This document shows positions 13,301-25,921 of a stretch of DNA of 64,000 nucleotides, piece by piece. The stretch covers positions 80,538,001 to 80,602,000 of the forward strand of contig OZ024742.1 of the NCBI GenBank assembly GCA_964016885.1, read 5' to 3'. Each line of letters starts with the position of its first letter. Position 1 is the stretch's first letter. A program made the position numbers and the translations under genes. This DNA is from Eledone cirrhosa. Taxonomy: Eukaryota. A model generated the notes under the pieces. That model was given only the letters and a program-made list of their open reading frames with translations. It ran no database searches and had not been told where the DNA came from.

Positions 13301-14997
13301 AATGCACATTATGCCGATGCTCCGGGGGTCAGTGTCATTCCTGATGCCGTCACACAAATGGATGTAGGAGTCTGAGCGCAGCTGCTTCTGATTCACTTTT
13401 ATGAAGCACAGTCTCTCCGACTCTATCTTTGCAGTCATGTCAACTGCAAACTGGTGAAACAGTTCCCGTGACATGTGCAGGGTGCTGAATGTTGTTAGGC
13501 CTCGTCATGAAGCGGTATGAGTATAAAGCCATGCATGAAACAGTTTTAGATTTCGCAGCAGTGGGCTCGTTTGGTTTGCGCTGAGGAATGCCGAAATGGT
13601 AGCCGTCTTCTCCGTATGCAATAAGAAGAGAATGCTGCAGGCCGTCGTATGAACGATGCGTCTCATTAATACGTCGAAGACCACTGTCACGACTTTGAAG
13701 AAGTATGTCTCGCTTATTGTGCTGATCACCATGGATAACTACGGCCACTTCATTGCACGAAGGACCGTTATAACGGCGTGCGTGCTCCCCAGAAGGTCTT
13801 TTGTCAGCATCGATTCAATGGTGAAGTTTGGTGAAGGATTTGTTTCCAATGCGTATTTGAAACTGCGAATATAACTGTTGTGCTCATGAAGCATGTTTTG
13901 AAGACCGAGCAGCACGTCCCTTTTAAAAGTGTCAGCATCAATATTTGCAGGTGTTGGAATAATGCCGAACCGCGCATCAACTTGCCTACTATAGTTAGAA
14001 ATGAAGTAAATTTGAAGGAACGAAGGCTAGTAATTATGTAGTGGCATCCAACCACTTTCTTTGAAAACGTTAGCCCCGAAAGAAGTCATTTGAAACGCAC
14101 AATTGTACTTCCTGATGAGTTGAAGGAATTCGGATGACCTTGAGGTAGAACCAGTAAGTAGTTCCTTCAAAGGCTCTGGTGGTTCCCCAAGCGGGGGCAA
14201 GCTGACCTTACCGTTTAAGCAGCCCATTGCAGGTGGCTCCCCAGCCCACTTTTTACAATTGCAGAATTTGCGATTGAAGCGCATTTCCCCTATATTTATG
14301 TCGGCACGCATCGAGTAGTTAACGTTGGGCTCATACTTGAAAGCCCGTAGGTGTCAGTATGAGTGTTGGGGCTCGTCACTCCGCGGGCAGCTTCTTGTCG
14401 TCGACTGTTCAACTCCAACGTAAAATGTTGCTCCTGTGGGTCGTGGGAAGCTCTCGCAGCAGTAGCAGAAGCTACCCTTACAATCCTAATGGAGCGACCG
14501 TCTGCATCTTTAGAAGCCATGGAAGCAGTCATAGCCGCAGCGTTCCTAGCAAGGCCATTCGTCCGCCGTTCCAAACCTTCCAAAGCCCTGGAAGCAGCAG
14601 TTGCCGCAGCGTTTCTAGTCAGTCGAGCCGCCCTTTGGTCCGGGCCCTCTGAAGCCCTGGAAGCAGCAGTAACAGCAACGTTTCTATTCAGGCGAGTCGA
14701 TCTTCCGGGCCCTCTGAAGCCCTGGAAGTAGCAGTAGAAGCATTTTTGGGGGGAATGACGTATCGACCGCTCTGAATCGCACATCGCAGCACGTCTCGAG
14801 GCGTCGTATGAAGCCATCTTGGCATGGCGTGCGGTGCGTTGTTGAAAACTTTCAGCAGCGCTGCATTCCGCTGAACGTAAGGCGCTCTGTGAAAGTCTTA
14901 AAGCAGTTTCCTCGGGGGACTCGTTTGCTGTAATCGCCCTCTGCGCCGCCGCTGACGCGGTATGGCAACCGAGGCAACTTCTCTTTATAGGTGGCAT
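10303..14997 (-). pseudogene. Helitron RepHel (HUH Rep + PIF1-family helicase), multiply frameshifted
   Basis: Motifs LPSTYTG, EWHKRGLPHA, IKYICKYVNKG, ASSGIAATLL, LIVWDECTM, GDFMQ, QFPVRPCFAMSINKAQGQT and HGQLYVGCSRV are spread over about nine ORF pieces. Confidence 0.92.
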
Positions 14998-15349
14998 TTT
15001 ATGTAAAAAAGAAAGGGTGAAAGTTACTTTTACAGCAACATTGACTTTCAAAGTGTAAGGCTGAAACCTGTCTGCGTTCCGCAGGGGGTAAAATGGGAGA
15101 ACGAACGGCAAATAAATAACTCATAGTTTGTTGAAAGCGCGCTTCTGTCGGCAATTTGAAGTTGTTTGGCCAAAAATCCCTATGTGTTTTTTTTTTTCAC
15201 TCAATAAACATGTAAATATGTTATACACAAACTGTAATTGTGTGTGAGTTGAATGATAGCTGTTTTAAAAAAAGATTTTAAGCGTATATAAGAGATTGTT
15301 GAATAAATTTATCTGTTGCTTTTGAATAATTGTAGTTTGGTATAAAATT

Positions 15350-15718
15350 TAAGCGTCATGTATTTAATGTTTGTCTCTGTCTCACTCTCTAGCTCACTCG
15401 TTTACTTTTTCTAACTCTCTCTAAAGGAAATTAGTAAGGAGTGGGTTTATAAGCGTCATGTATTTAACGTTTGTCTCTGTCTCTCACTCTCTAGCTCCCT
15501 CCTTTACTTTTGTTCTCTCTCTCTAAAGGAAATTATTAAGGAGTGGGTTTATAAGCGTCATGTATTTAACGTTTGTCTGTGGCTCCGTCCTTTATTTTTC
15601 TCTCTCTCTCAAAGAAATTAGTAAGGAGTGGGTTTATAAGCGTCACGTATTTAACGTTTATCTGTGGCTCACTCCTTCATTTTTCTCTCTCTCTCAAGGA
15701 AATTAGTAACGAGTGGGT
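15350..15718. repeat. Four tandem 85-102 bp units in the Helitron 5' region
   Basis: taagcgtcatgtatttaacg...aaattagtaaggagtggg starting near 15350, 15450, 15552 and 15637. Confidence 0.85.
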
Positions 15719-15999
15719 AGGTTGCAGCTTGTATTTTTTTTCCGAATTTTAAGGCGTGTTAGGCAGAGTAATCAGAAGGTATTGTAGGGGGTAAAGCCTC
15801 ATGTATTTAGTTTTATCGATTACTTCCGTAATTGTGGGTGACTTTGAATGAAATAAATAGTCGTTGACCTTAGTTAAACTATTCACAACATTCTTAAAGA
15901 CGTTGAGTCCAATCGGTTTGAAATTGTGCAAATGTATAAACATAGAACATGCACACACACATACACACACAACAACCATCTGCCTTTTATAGATAATGA

Positions 16000-16061
<62 letters not shown>

Positions 16062-16067
<6 letters not shown>

Positions 16068-18620
16068 ATACTTTGGGAGGGTCATGTTGCCAATAAGAAA
16101 AACACGCACCAGCTGCTTTCACTTCAATTTATTATAATAAATTTATAAATTTAGGAATTTATAAATAAATTTCCGGTTGGTTGGTTGGTTCCACAACCAG
16201 ATGTTTGTTTATATATTGTCAAAGTTCTTTCGTCACACATTATGTGACCTCTTCAGTGACTGGGGATTCTTTTCTTTGTTTTTGTGCCTCTCCTTTGTTC
16301 TTTCCTACGCCATCTTGTTTCTGTGTGTGTGTTCTGTGCTCAGTCTGCGCATGCGCCACATCCGGGTGTCTGTGTGTGTTCATATTCGTTTATTTATTTG
16401 TTTATTTACATGTTACAGGTTGGTTGTTTGTTCTATGTGCGTGTCTGTTTTCATTTTGTCCTTAATTGTAAGTTGTGATGTTGCTGTTCCACTCATGTTT
16501 TCTATTTAATTTTGGTTGTAATTCTTTTATGTTTATTGCCTCTGTGATTTGTCTAAACATTGCGTCTTTTCTGTGTGTAGATTCTATTTTTATTTCTATG
16601 TTCTCTAATTTACCCTTATGTTCTATTTTAGCATGTTGGTAGAGTACATATGATTCTTTACTATCTTGAAGGTCTCGCCCGTGTTCATTTATCCGTTCCC
16701 CTACACTACGATCTGTCTCAACTATGTACACTATATTTTTGTCTCTACATTGTCCTTCAGTACATCTTATGCTATATACTGCATTTCTAGTTTTACAGTT
16801 AATATGGGGGCTTAATTTACATGTTATACATTTCTTATCTATACAGGGTGTCTTTGAAAAGGGTATGTCTTGCTAATAAGTGTTTTACGGAGGTACCTGG
16901 TCTTTCTACTATCTTAATATTGAGATTATCTTTATCTAGGGCCCTTCTAAATTTGTAAGCTAATTCACCTCTAGCGGTTTTATCGATGAAATTTACACTC
17001 TGGTATTTATTGCTATCAAACCATGAATGTATTCTATTAGCCTTATTCCTAGTTCTTTCTATTCTATTCCAAAGTTTGCTCCTATACAAGGGGCAGGTCC
17101 CATTTGTGTCATTATTTAACATTTTTTCCCATTTGGTTCTGGCTCCTCTATACACTCTGATGTTATCTCTTTGATTGTAACCAGAGAACTGCATACGGTG
17201 GATGAAGTGGTGTATGTGTCTCTCTAGTTCTTCGGGGTTGCACATTCGTGACACGTTTCTCGTCACCCGTACCAAAGCCGCAATCAGTATGTTGATTTTG
17301 GTATGGTCCGAAACAGCTCAGTTTCGGAGGATCAGATCTTTGGAAGTCATGGGTTTGGCATAATGGGAATGGAGGATTTGTTTTTTGTTATTAATGGTAT
17401 CTAACCAGAGCTCTGTGTCTAGTACAGGTAATCGATGGTTGGGGTGTTTACTTGGGTAGTCTATAGTAACACTAATACTCTGGTGGATGGAGTTAGCTAT
17501 TTGCTGGATGCTTTCCATTGTGTTTTTCTCTAATTCCTGACTGTTCTCTAGTGGGCGTGTTTTAACTACGATGTTTATATCATCAACGTAGCGGGAGTAC
17601 ATTATCAGGGTTAAGGGTTCTTCTAATTGTTCTTTACGTTTAAGTTTAAGTCTACTGTCCCACCATACCATGAATAAGTTAGCTATGTCGCCTGCAATGC
17701 TAACACCAATGGCTGCTCCTTCCTCTTGGGCATATGTTTTTCCATTAAATTTGAACATATGTTCCTTAAGCGTTAATGTTATGCTTGCGCCCACCGTATG
17801 TGCAATCATTTTCTTTAGTTCATCGTGGTTTTCGGGTGTCGGTATGGCTCTGGTCCACCCGTTCCATCTATCTGTGTGGGTTTTCTTGGCCATTGAGGTA
17901 ATGGTAGCTGGTCTGCCTCTTGCTGGTCATGTAGGGTCACAGGTTGCTAAGGTCATATGTGTCTAGGTAATTATTACTATAGGTAAGTTTAAGTAGGAGT
18001 ACCAGCTCAGTGGTATCAATCCCACGGAACTCAACATTGTTTTCACTGATAATTTCTACGCATTTATCCACAGCAAAATCCTCGTCAATAGATGGATACA
18101 GGGACACAACATCCATACTACCTATTATGCAGTTTGTTAGGTCCCTAGATCGGTTACTCTCACCGATTCTGCCGAGGAGGTCCTCCGTGCTGTCACATAC
18201 ATCTGGGGACATTTCAATGATGGGGCGTATGATCAGGGAGAGGAAGTAGGACAGTCTGTAGTTACTAGCAATGTTAGTTCCACAGACTGGCCGTGTTGGT
18301 GGTCCCGTGACAGTGTCACTGCCCGTTTTATGGTCTTTTCGAAGACCATACAACGCTGGCACGTCATGGTTCCAGGCCTGGAAGTTGTTGGCAGTCCTTT
18401 TGTTGGGCTGCATTATATTTGTCCATATCACCATATGGGCAGACATTTCTGTTGGAAAGCATGCTATCTCTCCATTACGCGAGCGCATGAGCTTACGCAA
18501 GCCATTTGCAGATTTTTCTCCCAGTTGCTGGGCCTCCATTCTATTATGCTTCTTGCTATACTGTTCTATAATATTTCTAAGTTTAGATCTAGCTATACTA
18601 AATTGTGCTTCTGTTTTTCA
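16062..18620 (-). mobile_element. Penelope-like family B (Neptune-like), 5'-truncated, frameshifted RT + GIY-YIG + pLTR
   Basis: LYGLRKDHK, PTRPVC, GSMDVVSLYPSI, QEEGAAIG, YSRYVDDI, YIVETDRS..RINEH. Confidence 0.93.
16218..16260 (-). ncRNA. Minimal type I hammerhead in family B pLTR
   Basis: gtca CTGAAGA g GTCAC ataatgt GTGAC GAAAG aa CTT tgac. Confidence 0.85.
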
Positions 18621-18699
18621 TCGACCTGCGACGGCAATTGCGTGCGTTTGTTAAAAGGTAAAGTCGTGGCGTGGACTCGTCGCAGGTCGAACGACTTAT

Positions 18700-19965
18700 C
18701 GGATTTGGTACGGGTGATGAGAAACGTGTCCCGCATGTGCAACCCCGAAGAACTAGAGAGACACATACAACACTTTATCCATCGTATGCAGTTCTCTGGT
18801 TACAATCAGAGAGATAAAATCAGAGTGTATAGAGGAGCCAGAACCAAATGGGAAACAATGGTAAATAATGACACAAATAGGACCTGCCCCTTGTATAGGA
18901 GCAAATTCTGGAATAGAATAGAAAGAAGTAGGAATAAGGCTAATAGAATAAACTCATTGTATGATAGCAATAAATACCAGAGTATAATGTTCATCGATAC
19001 AACTCCTAGAGGTGAATTAGCTTAGACATTTAGAGGGGCCCTAGATAAACATAAACTCAATATTAAGATAGTAGACAGACCAGGTACCTCCGTAAAAACA
19101 CTTATTAGCAAGATATACCCTTTTCAAAGACCCCCCTGTATAGATAAGAAATGTATAACCTGTAAATTAAGCCCCTATATTAACTGTAAAACTAGAAATG
19201 CAGTATATAGCATAAGATGTACTAAAGGACAATGTAGAGAAAAAATATAGTGTACATAGGTGAGACAGCTCGTAGTATAGGGGAACGGATAAATGAACAC
19301 TGGCGAGACCTTCAAGATAGTAAAGAATCATCTGTACTCTACCAACATGCTAAAATAGAACATAAGGGTAAATTAGAGAACATAGAAATAAAAATAGAAT
19401 CTACACACAGAAAAGACGCAATGATTAGACAAATCACAGAGGCAATAAACATAAAAGAATTGCAACCAAATTAAATAGAAAACATGAGTGGAACCGCAAC
19501 ATCACAACTTACAATTAAGGACAACATGAAAACACACATTCACATAGAACAAACAACCAACCTGTAACATGTAAATAAACAAATAAATACACGAATATAA
19601 ACACACACAGGCACCGGGATGTGGCGCATGCGCAGACTGAGCACAGAACACACACACAGAAACAAGATGGCGTAGGACAGAAGAAAGGAGAGGCAAAAAA
19701 ACAAAAAAAGAATCCCCAGTCACTGAAGAGGTCACATAATGTGTGACGAAAGAACTTTGACAATATATAAACAACCATCTGGTTGTGGAACCAAGCAACC
19801 AACTGGGAATTTATTTATATATTCCTAAATTTATAAATGTATTATAAAAAATTGAAGTGAAAGCAACTGGTGCGTGTGTTTCTTATTGGCAACATGACCC
19901 TCCCACAGTACAACAATATCGGTTTCAACACACGTTTTCAGATAAAGAATCTTGCTAAACAAATT
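18700..19965 (+). mobile_element. Inverted partial copy of Penelope family B (thumb, GIY-YIG, pLTR)
   Basis: Reverse-complement match to 16062-17280, with YIGETARSIGERINEH. Confidence 0.92.
19719..19761 (+). ncRNA. Minimal type I hammerhead in family B pLTR
   Basis: gtcactgaagaggtcacataatgtgtgacgaaagaactttgac. Confidence 0.85.
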
Positions 19966-19985
19966 TATATATATATATATATATA

Positions 19986-20073
19986 TCATCATTATCTATA
20001 AAAGGCAGATTATTGTTGTTGTGTGTGTGTGTGTGCATGTTCCATGTTTATACATTTACAAAATTTCAAATCG
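19986..20073 (+). mobile_element. Isolated Helitron 5' end
   Basis: tcatcattatctataaaaggcagat... matches the reverse complement of 15915-16002. Confidence 0.8.
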
Positions 20074-20094
20074 AAATATATATATATATAAACT

Positions 20095-22281
20095 GAAACA
20101 CATTCAAGGTACGTCCAATGTTCTATTATATATCTCAACACACAACCCAAGAAATGCGGAAGCTTACAACACTATTCACAAGAACATCCCACTACTAAAA
20201 CAAAACCCAAGAATGAAAAAGCCTTTGAAACACACAAAATAATCAAAAGCAAAAGACAACCGAAATCACTGAAAACATTACTCACCAATGCCAAATTACC
20301 TACCACAAACCCACAACCAAGTGTCAAAAAATGTGGTCGCTCTAATTGTGGAACCTGCACTCACTTCATTGAAAGCAACACGTATACATTTAAATCAGGA
20401 CAACATTTTACTGTAAAAAATCACTTCACTTGCTCATCAAAAAATCTACTTTATGCCATTAAATGTAAAGGATGCAATGAAGATTATATAGGACAAACTA
20501 AACTCACACTCAGAAACAGAATGACAGTTCATCGCCAACAATTACGAGATCCAACCACGAGAGAGATACCACTAAGCGCACATCTAGACATATGCGCAAG
20601 TAATAAGACACCCACATTCCAAGTCTTCCCACTTTTCATTTGCGCTAACAATACAACAGAACAAATACGAATAAATAAGGAAAACATGTTTATTCAAAAA
20701 TATAGACCAGCATTAAATATGGTTTAATATATATTATGTCAACACCATAACATGTTAACCATCCAAACAGACACATACACACACACATAACACCTTCTAC
20801 TTTAGAAAATAAAAACCCGAACTAAATAAACCTTAACATACGTTTGCACTGACAATACAACAGAACAAATACGAATAAGTAAGGAAAATATGTTCATTCA
20901 AAAATATTCCTACTAAAGGAATCATTTCCCTACACACACAAACACACAATATATATATATATTCTCTTCATCTTAACATGCTAACCATACTCCCACACAC
21001 ATAACACCAATACACACACATAACAACCCCCACAGCCACACACACAACTCCCCTCCCCCATTTCTACTAATAGAATCACTTTCCTACACACATATATACA
21101 CACACACAAAATATATATTCTCTCCATCTTAACATACTCCCACACACACGCACACATAACACCCATATACACACAACACCCTCCCCCATTTCTACTAATA
21201 GAATCATCTTCCAATACACACACACTCGCACACACACACAAGCACACAAATAAACATACATATCTTTACTTTCTTTATTCAATAGAAAATCTGAATTCTG
21301 ACTCCCCAGCGAACTAACCCTATTCACTGAACGAGAACAATTCTCCCATCCCATTTCTCTTGACCATTATCTTTTGCTTGTCATAACATTCTCTAAATAG
21401 GCTACAGATTAGATTTCCAAATAAGGACGCGATAATGTAATGAAAACTTGTTCACGTGACAGCGATAATTTCAGTTATAACCAATCAAATTACGTTTATT
21501 TAAAAAAAGCCTACGTGAGCCCCCCCCCCTTTTTTAGGTAAAAATAAATTCAAACACACACACACAACACACACACACAAGCACTCACATAAACATACAT
21601 ATCTTTACTTTCTTTATTCAATAGAAAATCTGAATTCTGACACCCCAGCGAACTAACCATATTTACTGAACCAGAACAATTCTCCCATCCCATTTCTCTT
21701 GACCATTATCTTTTACTTATCATATAATTATCTGAAAAAGGCTACAGAATCGATTTCCAAATAAGGGCGCGAAAATTTAATGAAAACTTGTTCACGTGAC
21801 AGCCATAATTTCATTTATAACCAATCAAATTACGTTTATTAAAAAAAAGCCTTCGTGAGCCCCTTTTTTAAGTAAAAAGAAATTCAAACACTCATATATG
21901 AAAACAACAGCCTGTGCCCCCCCCCCCCCTCCCCCCTTGTTTGAAGAACTTTGTAACGCGAACTGGCGCGAAATTTATTATAATTATTGACCAACCAATC
22001 AAATTACTTCTCGAAAAACCTGGCATTTCGAGCCACTTTTTCCATACAAAACAAGTAACATTCAGAGACCAACCAGATGTGACAAAAACCACAGACCCTC
22101 CATCTCAACACTACTTTTGAAAAGCAGAAGAACTGCGAAACCGGTAAAGGAACCAAATAAATATATATATGTATTTTTAAATAAGACTCCAGTTGCTTTT
22201 TCGATTTCATCTTTATTTCTTTATACTTTCACTCGTGTAGGACACGTCGGTTATTTTTCATTTTGTAAAAAAAAACCTCAC

Positions 22282-22288
<7 letters not shown>
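20095..22288 (+). mobile_element. Neptune-like PLE 3' part: Zn-linker + GIY-YIG (to 20727) and long 3' UTR with an approximately 339-bp internal tandem duplication
   Basis: KKCGRSNCGTC..FTCSSKNLLYAIKCKGCNEDYIGQTKLTLRNRMTVHRQQ. Duplicate units start near 21250 and 21589. Confidence 0.85.
22114..22149 (+). ncRNA. Minimal hammerhead with U3:A8 core
   Basis: ctt TTGAAAA GCAG aagaa CTGC GAAAC CG GTA aag. Palindromic stem III. Sister copy at 35857-35892 (-). Confidence 0.65.
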
Positions 22289-22354
<66 letters not shown>

Positions 22355-22399
22355 ATGAAATACTGTTGGCTTCACGCTCACAATATTTTCTATACTTTC

Positions 22400-22587
<188 letters not shown>

Positions 22588-22659
22588 ATATATATATAAA
22601 GAATGAATAATAACAGGTGGACATCATAAAAAGGTAATTTATTCTGTGTGCTTACAAAT

Positions 22660-24180
22660 GTTTGCACGGTGGTTATACAGCCTAGTAATGCTATGTGCAA
22701 ATTTATAACTATTTGCAAAACTCAATTATCAAATGCTGTGACCCCTGTATCATCAGAGCAGTATGGTTAAAATGTACAATCTAAATACCCTTAAGTGAGG
22801 TTATTGGGGAAGATAGAGTAGAAAAGGAAGAGAGAAAAGAAGGGGAGAGGAAGAGAGAGAGAAATATATGCAGGGGTTAGAGAAATGGGAGAGAGTGGTT
22901 TGTAGATATCTTAATCAATATGTTGTGATAGGGGTTTTATTATACTGGTTACTCTTAAAGTGACCACCTTAAGCGATGCGTTGATAGACAAGGTTGGAAT
23001 TATTTATTGCCCCAGAGGGCAGCTTCATAGATCTGGAGAGGGAGGGAGGTAGGCCTAGGGTGAGAGAGAGAGAGTGGAATGGATCGATAGGGACAGAGAG
23101 ATAGAGAGGGACAGACGAAATCTATGGGGTAGGTGAACATTGGGTTCATAGTAGTAATCTGCGAATTGCACTAAGTTTCCATTTATAGTGATAAGCAGGA
23201 TATTGTCTTGTAGTGTGGGGGAAGAGAAAGTGGTTAGCTAGAAAGCAATGTTATAGTTACGGGTTCGAATGTTAAGTTATTTTATAGTGAGATAATTTAG
23301 CTTTTAGTTTGTGGTTGCAGTATAATGATCGTTCGATCCTATCGTTAAGTAATTTATTTTTGGATTTGAAGATGTAAAAGAGTTCAAGGTTACATAACCT
23401 ACAGTACTTCAATCCACTCCGATATGCACTTGCGCTGGAAAGTATATCCCATTTCAAGTGAACTGTTGGTTGCGTTCACGGAGTTGTTGGTCTTGTTGGC
23501 GAACGTGGTTACAAAACGGTGATCAGGATGTTTAATTGAGAATCGATGACGGTACCAGCGAGATTTAAACGAGGTGGTGGAAGACCCGGTGTAATACCAT
23601 TTCTGGTCGTTCGATTCAACCGTGCATTGGTAAACAATGTTGAACTTTAGGCATTTATTCTTTAATGGACATCTTTCAGGTAGGTGGCAATTACAGATTT
23701 TGTTGTGGGTAGCGGGTGTATCATGGATAGGTTGTGATAGCAGTACAGGTGGGTTGTGTAATACCTGTCTCCCATTTAGTGGTTGGGAGGCCGATATTAC
23801 GTTATGCTCATCTGTTATCAAAATATTTTTTTTTGTAGTGTTGTTTAATTGCTTTAAGTTAAGTTTTTTATGTATGCTTCAAGGTTTGGTGCAGTGGAGT
23901 ATGATAGTCTAACCGTTTTAGAGTTCAGAATTTTACTGTATTTATGGAAACTAGGGAAATGCTTGTTGATTAACTTAAAGAATGAAAGAGATAGTTTTGT
24001 ACTAATCGAAGCATTAAAAATAGGATTATACCAGATATACTTTCTACAACGTGATTTATTTGGTGATGATTTTCTATTATTAGTATGCCTGGTGGTACTG
24101 CGTGTGTGCTCTTGTATTTTAGTACACCGATTACGTATTCCTTGATTTCGTGTAGAGCTCTGTGTGTTATGGAGATTCTT
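22660..24180 (-). mobile_element. Naiad-like PLE 3' part (GIY-YIG pseudogene 23272-24180 + 3' UTR with a decayed HHR core near 22760)
   Basis: IWYNPIFN..KHFP..TVRLSYS..CNC..CPLKNKCL..IVYQCTV..YYTGS..FKSRWYRH..KWDIL..CRLCNLE. Confidence 0.85.
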
Positions 24181-24200
24181 ATCAATATATATATATATAT

Positions 24201-24828
24201 ACATATACAATCAAGGTTTAGCAAATAAGAAAAGGTTTTAAAATAAACTTTAAAAAGTTCACTCTACCTGCTGTAATTACCCTTACCGTACGGTTTCAAG
24301 TCACAAAATAAATGGATAATACTTGCGGAAATCCATTGAAAAGAAAGACTTTCGTCCGAGCGTTATTTTCGCTCGGAGAATATAAAGTTTCCGAGTTCAA
24401 ATAACGAACTGGCGCCATACAAAACTGTTCTCGAGATGAGAGTGTATGATGAAGAAGCAATTCTGTCTAGTGCCGTGTGTAAAGATATAAGGCAAGGGCG
24501 GAAAGGTCAATGTACTGCCACTAGAAATAGCAGTTAAAACGACCAACATGTTATCTCGACCAGGGGAGATTAATAATAAGAAAGTATGTTTCCCTACATG
24601 CAAAATGCATATAGGGACACATGTATTATCCAACCGTATGCCAATGTCAGGTTAATAAATTAACGAACCAGAACATATATAATCAAGGTTTAGCAAATAA
24701 GAATAAGTTTTAAAATAAATATTAAAAAGTTCATTGTACCTGCTGTAATTACCCTTACCGTGCAGTTTCAAGTGTCAAAATAAATGGATAATCCTTGCGG
24801 AAATGCATTGAAAAGAAAGACTTCCGTC

Positions 24829-24830
<2 letters not shown>
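24201..24830 (-). mobile_element. Non-coding HHR element: 472-bp unit plus about 150-bp direct repeat, with two HHR motifs (24280-24362, 24751-24830)
   Basis: Repeat starts at 24209 and 24681. Minus strand C(T/G)GACG(A/G) AAGTC [about 45-nt insert] GACTT GAAAC CGTACG GTA; the two copies together give the canonical CTGACGA. Confidence 0.72.
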
Positions 24831-24897
<67 letters not shown>

Positions 24898-25177
24898 CAT
24901 ACGCCGATAGGCGCAGGACGGACTGGTAGGTCAAGGTGATCAAGGTGATATATGTATATATATATATATATACATATATACATATATATATACACAGTTC
25001 AATAATAACCAATCTTAAAGAGAGTGATGGAGATATGAGAGGAGATAGGAGAGCAGAAAGAGATTGGTGAATTAGTTAGAAGTCAAAGCGTAAAGGAATG
25101 TGTTCAATGTGCAATATGCAGTGGAAGGCAGCAAGGTGGCTGGGTTCATGTAGAGGGTTAGGTGCACAGAGCTGGAA

Positions 25178-25647
25178 ATATTCATTAGTTAAGCAAAACA
25201 AGACAACAAATTTCACAAGGAAGACATTATTAAAATATTGTCAACATAGGCAGATCTCACACAATGCAGCCTCGACAGAAGAATACTGCTCAACTATGGC
25301 AGACAATATATATACCCAGGACACCATAGTGAAATACCATTATATGGAACCTTACATTCATGTAACATTCTTTCTTTATTTTATTTTATATTCCTTTTGA
25401 AGTTCGGATGAGCTGCTCTAATTGTACCTCAGTTAATTATTTTCAACTGAACCAGATCAATAATGATCTATCATTTGGTCCAGAAATATTATATGGAGTA
25501 GCGAAACAATTGTAAACGTACATTATTGTTATTAATATTATTATTATACTCTACATTCCTTACATTAAACTAAAACTATGTTGACAATGTTTTAATAACG
25601 TCTTCCTTGTTAAATTTGCGGTCTTGTTTTGCTTAACTAGTGAATAT
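25178..25647 (+). mobile_element. Element with about 70-bp terminal inverted repeats carrying a long-stem-II HHR motif (25402-25517); relative at about 46150-46470
   Basis: gtt CGGATGA GCTGCTC [about 75 nt] GAGTAGC GAAAC AATT GTA aac. Inverted repeats at 25178-25249 and 25577-25647. Confidence 0.6.
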
Positions 25648-25651
25648 ATAT

Positions 25652-25684
<33 letters not shown>

Positions 25685-25725
25685 CGATATTCATAAATGG
25701 AAACTATATTTGTAAAACCATATTT

Positions 25726-25788
25726 ATTTCATTATACATATTTCAGGGATACCAAATTAAATTATGGTATGCCTTCATCAGACAAAAT
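25726..25788 (-). ncRNA. Type I hammerhead ribozyme in an approximately 180-bp insert between (TA)n tracts
   Basis: attttgt CTGATGA AGG.ATACCA [loop] TGGTAT.CCT GAAA TA tg TATA atgaaat. Canonical core, 7-bp stem I with G-U pairs. Confidence 0.8.
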
Positions 25789-25864
25789 ATAATATATAAC
25801 AGTTTTACAAATAAGCTTTGACGTACCCTATTAAAATGCAACCAATGCTTTTGGAAGTCATCCG

Positions 25865-25921
<57 letters not shown>

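Larger units (their letters stand above)
9765..16002 (-). mobile_element. Full-length Helitron, about 6.2 kb
   Basis: 5' TC at 16002 after A. 3' hairpin cccgagcaacaccggg followed by CTAG (9765) then T. Inserted in (AT)n with no TSD. RepHel coding remnants inside. Confidence 0.93.

Noticed and set aside
15350-15718. Repeat-spacer-like pattern resembling a CRISPR array
   Set aside because: Whole units are homologous (no unique spacers), the context is eukaryotic and inside a Helitron, and there are no cas genes.
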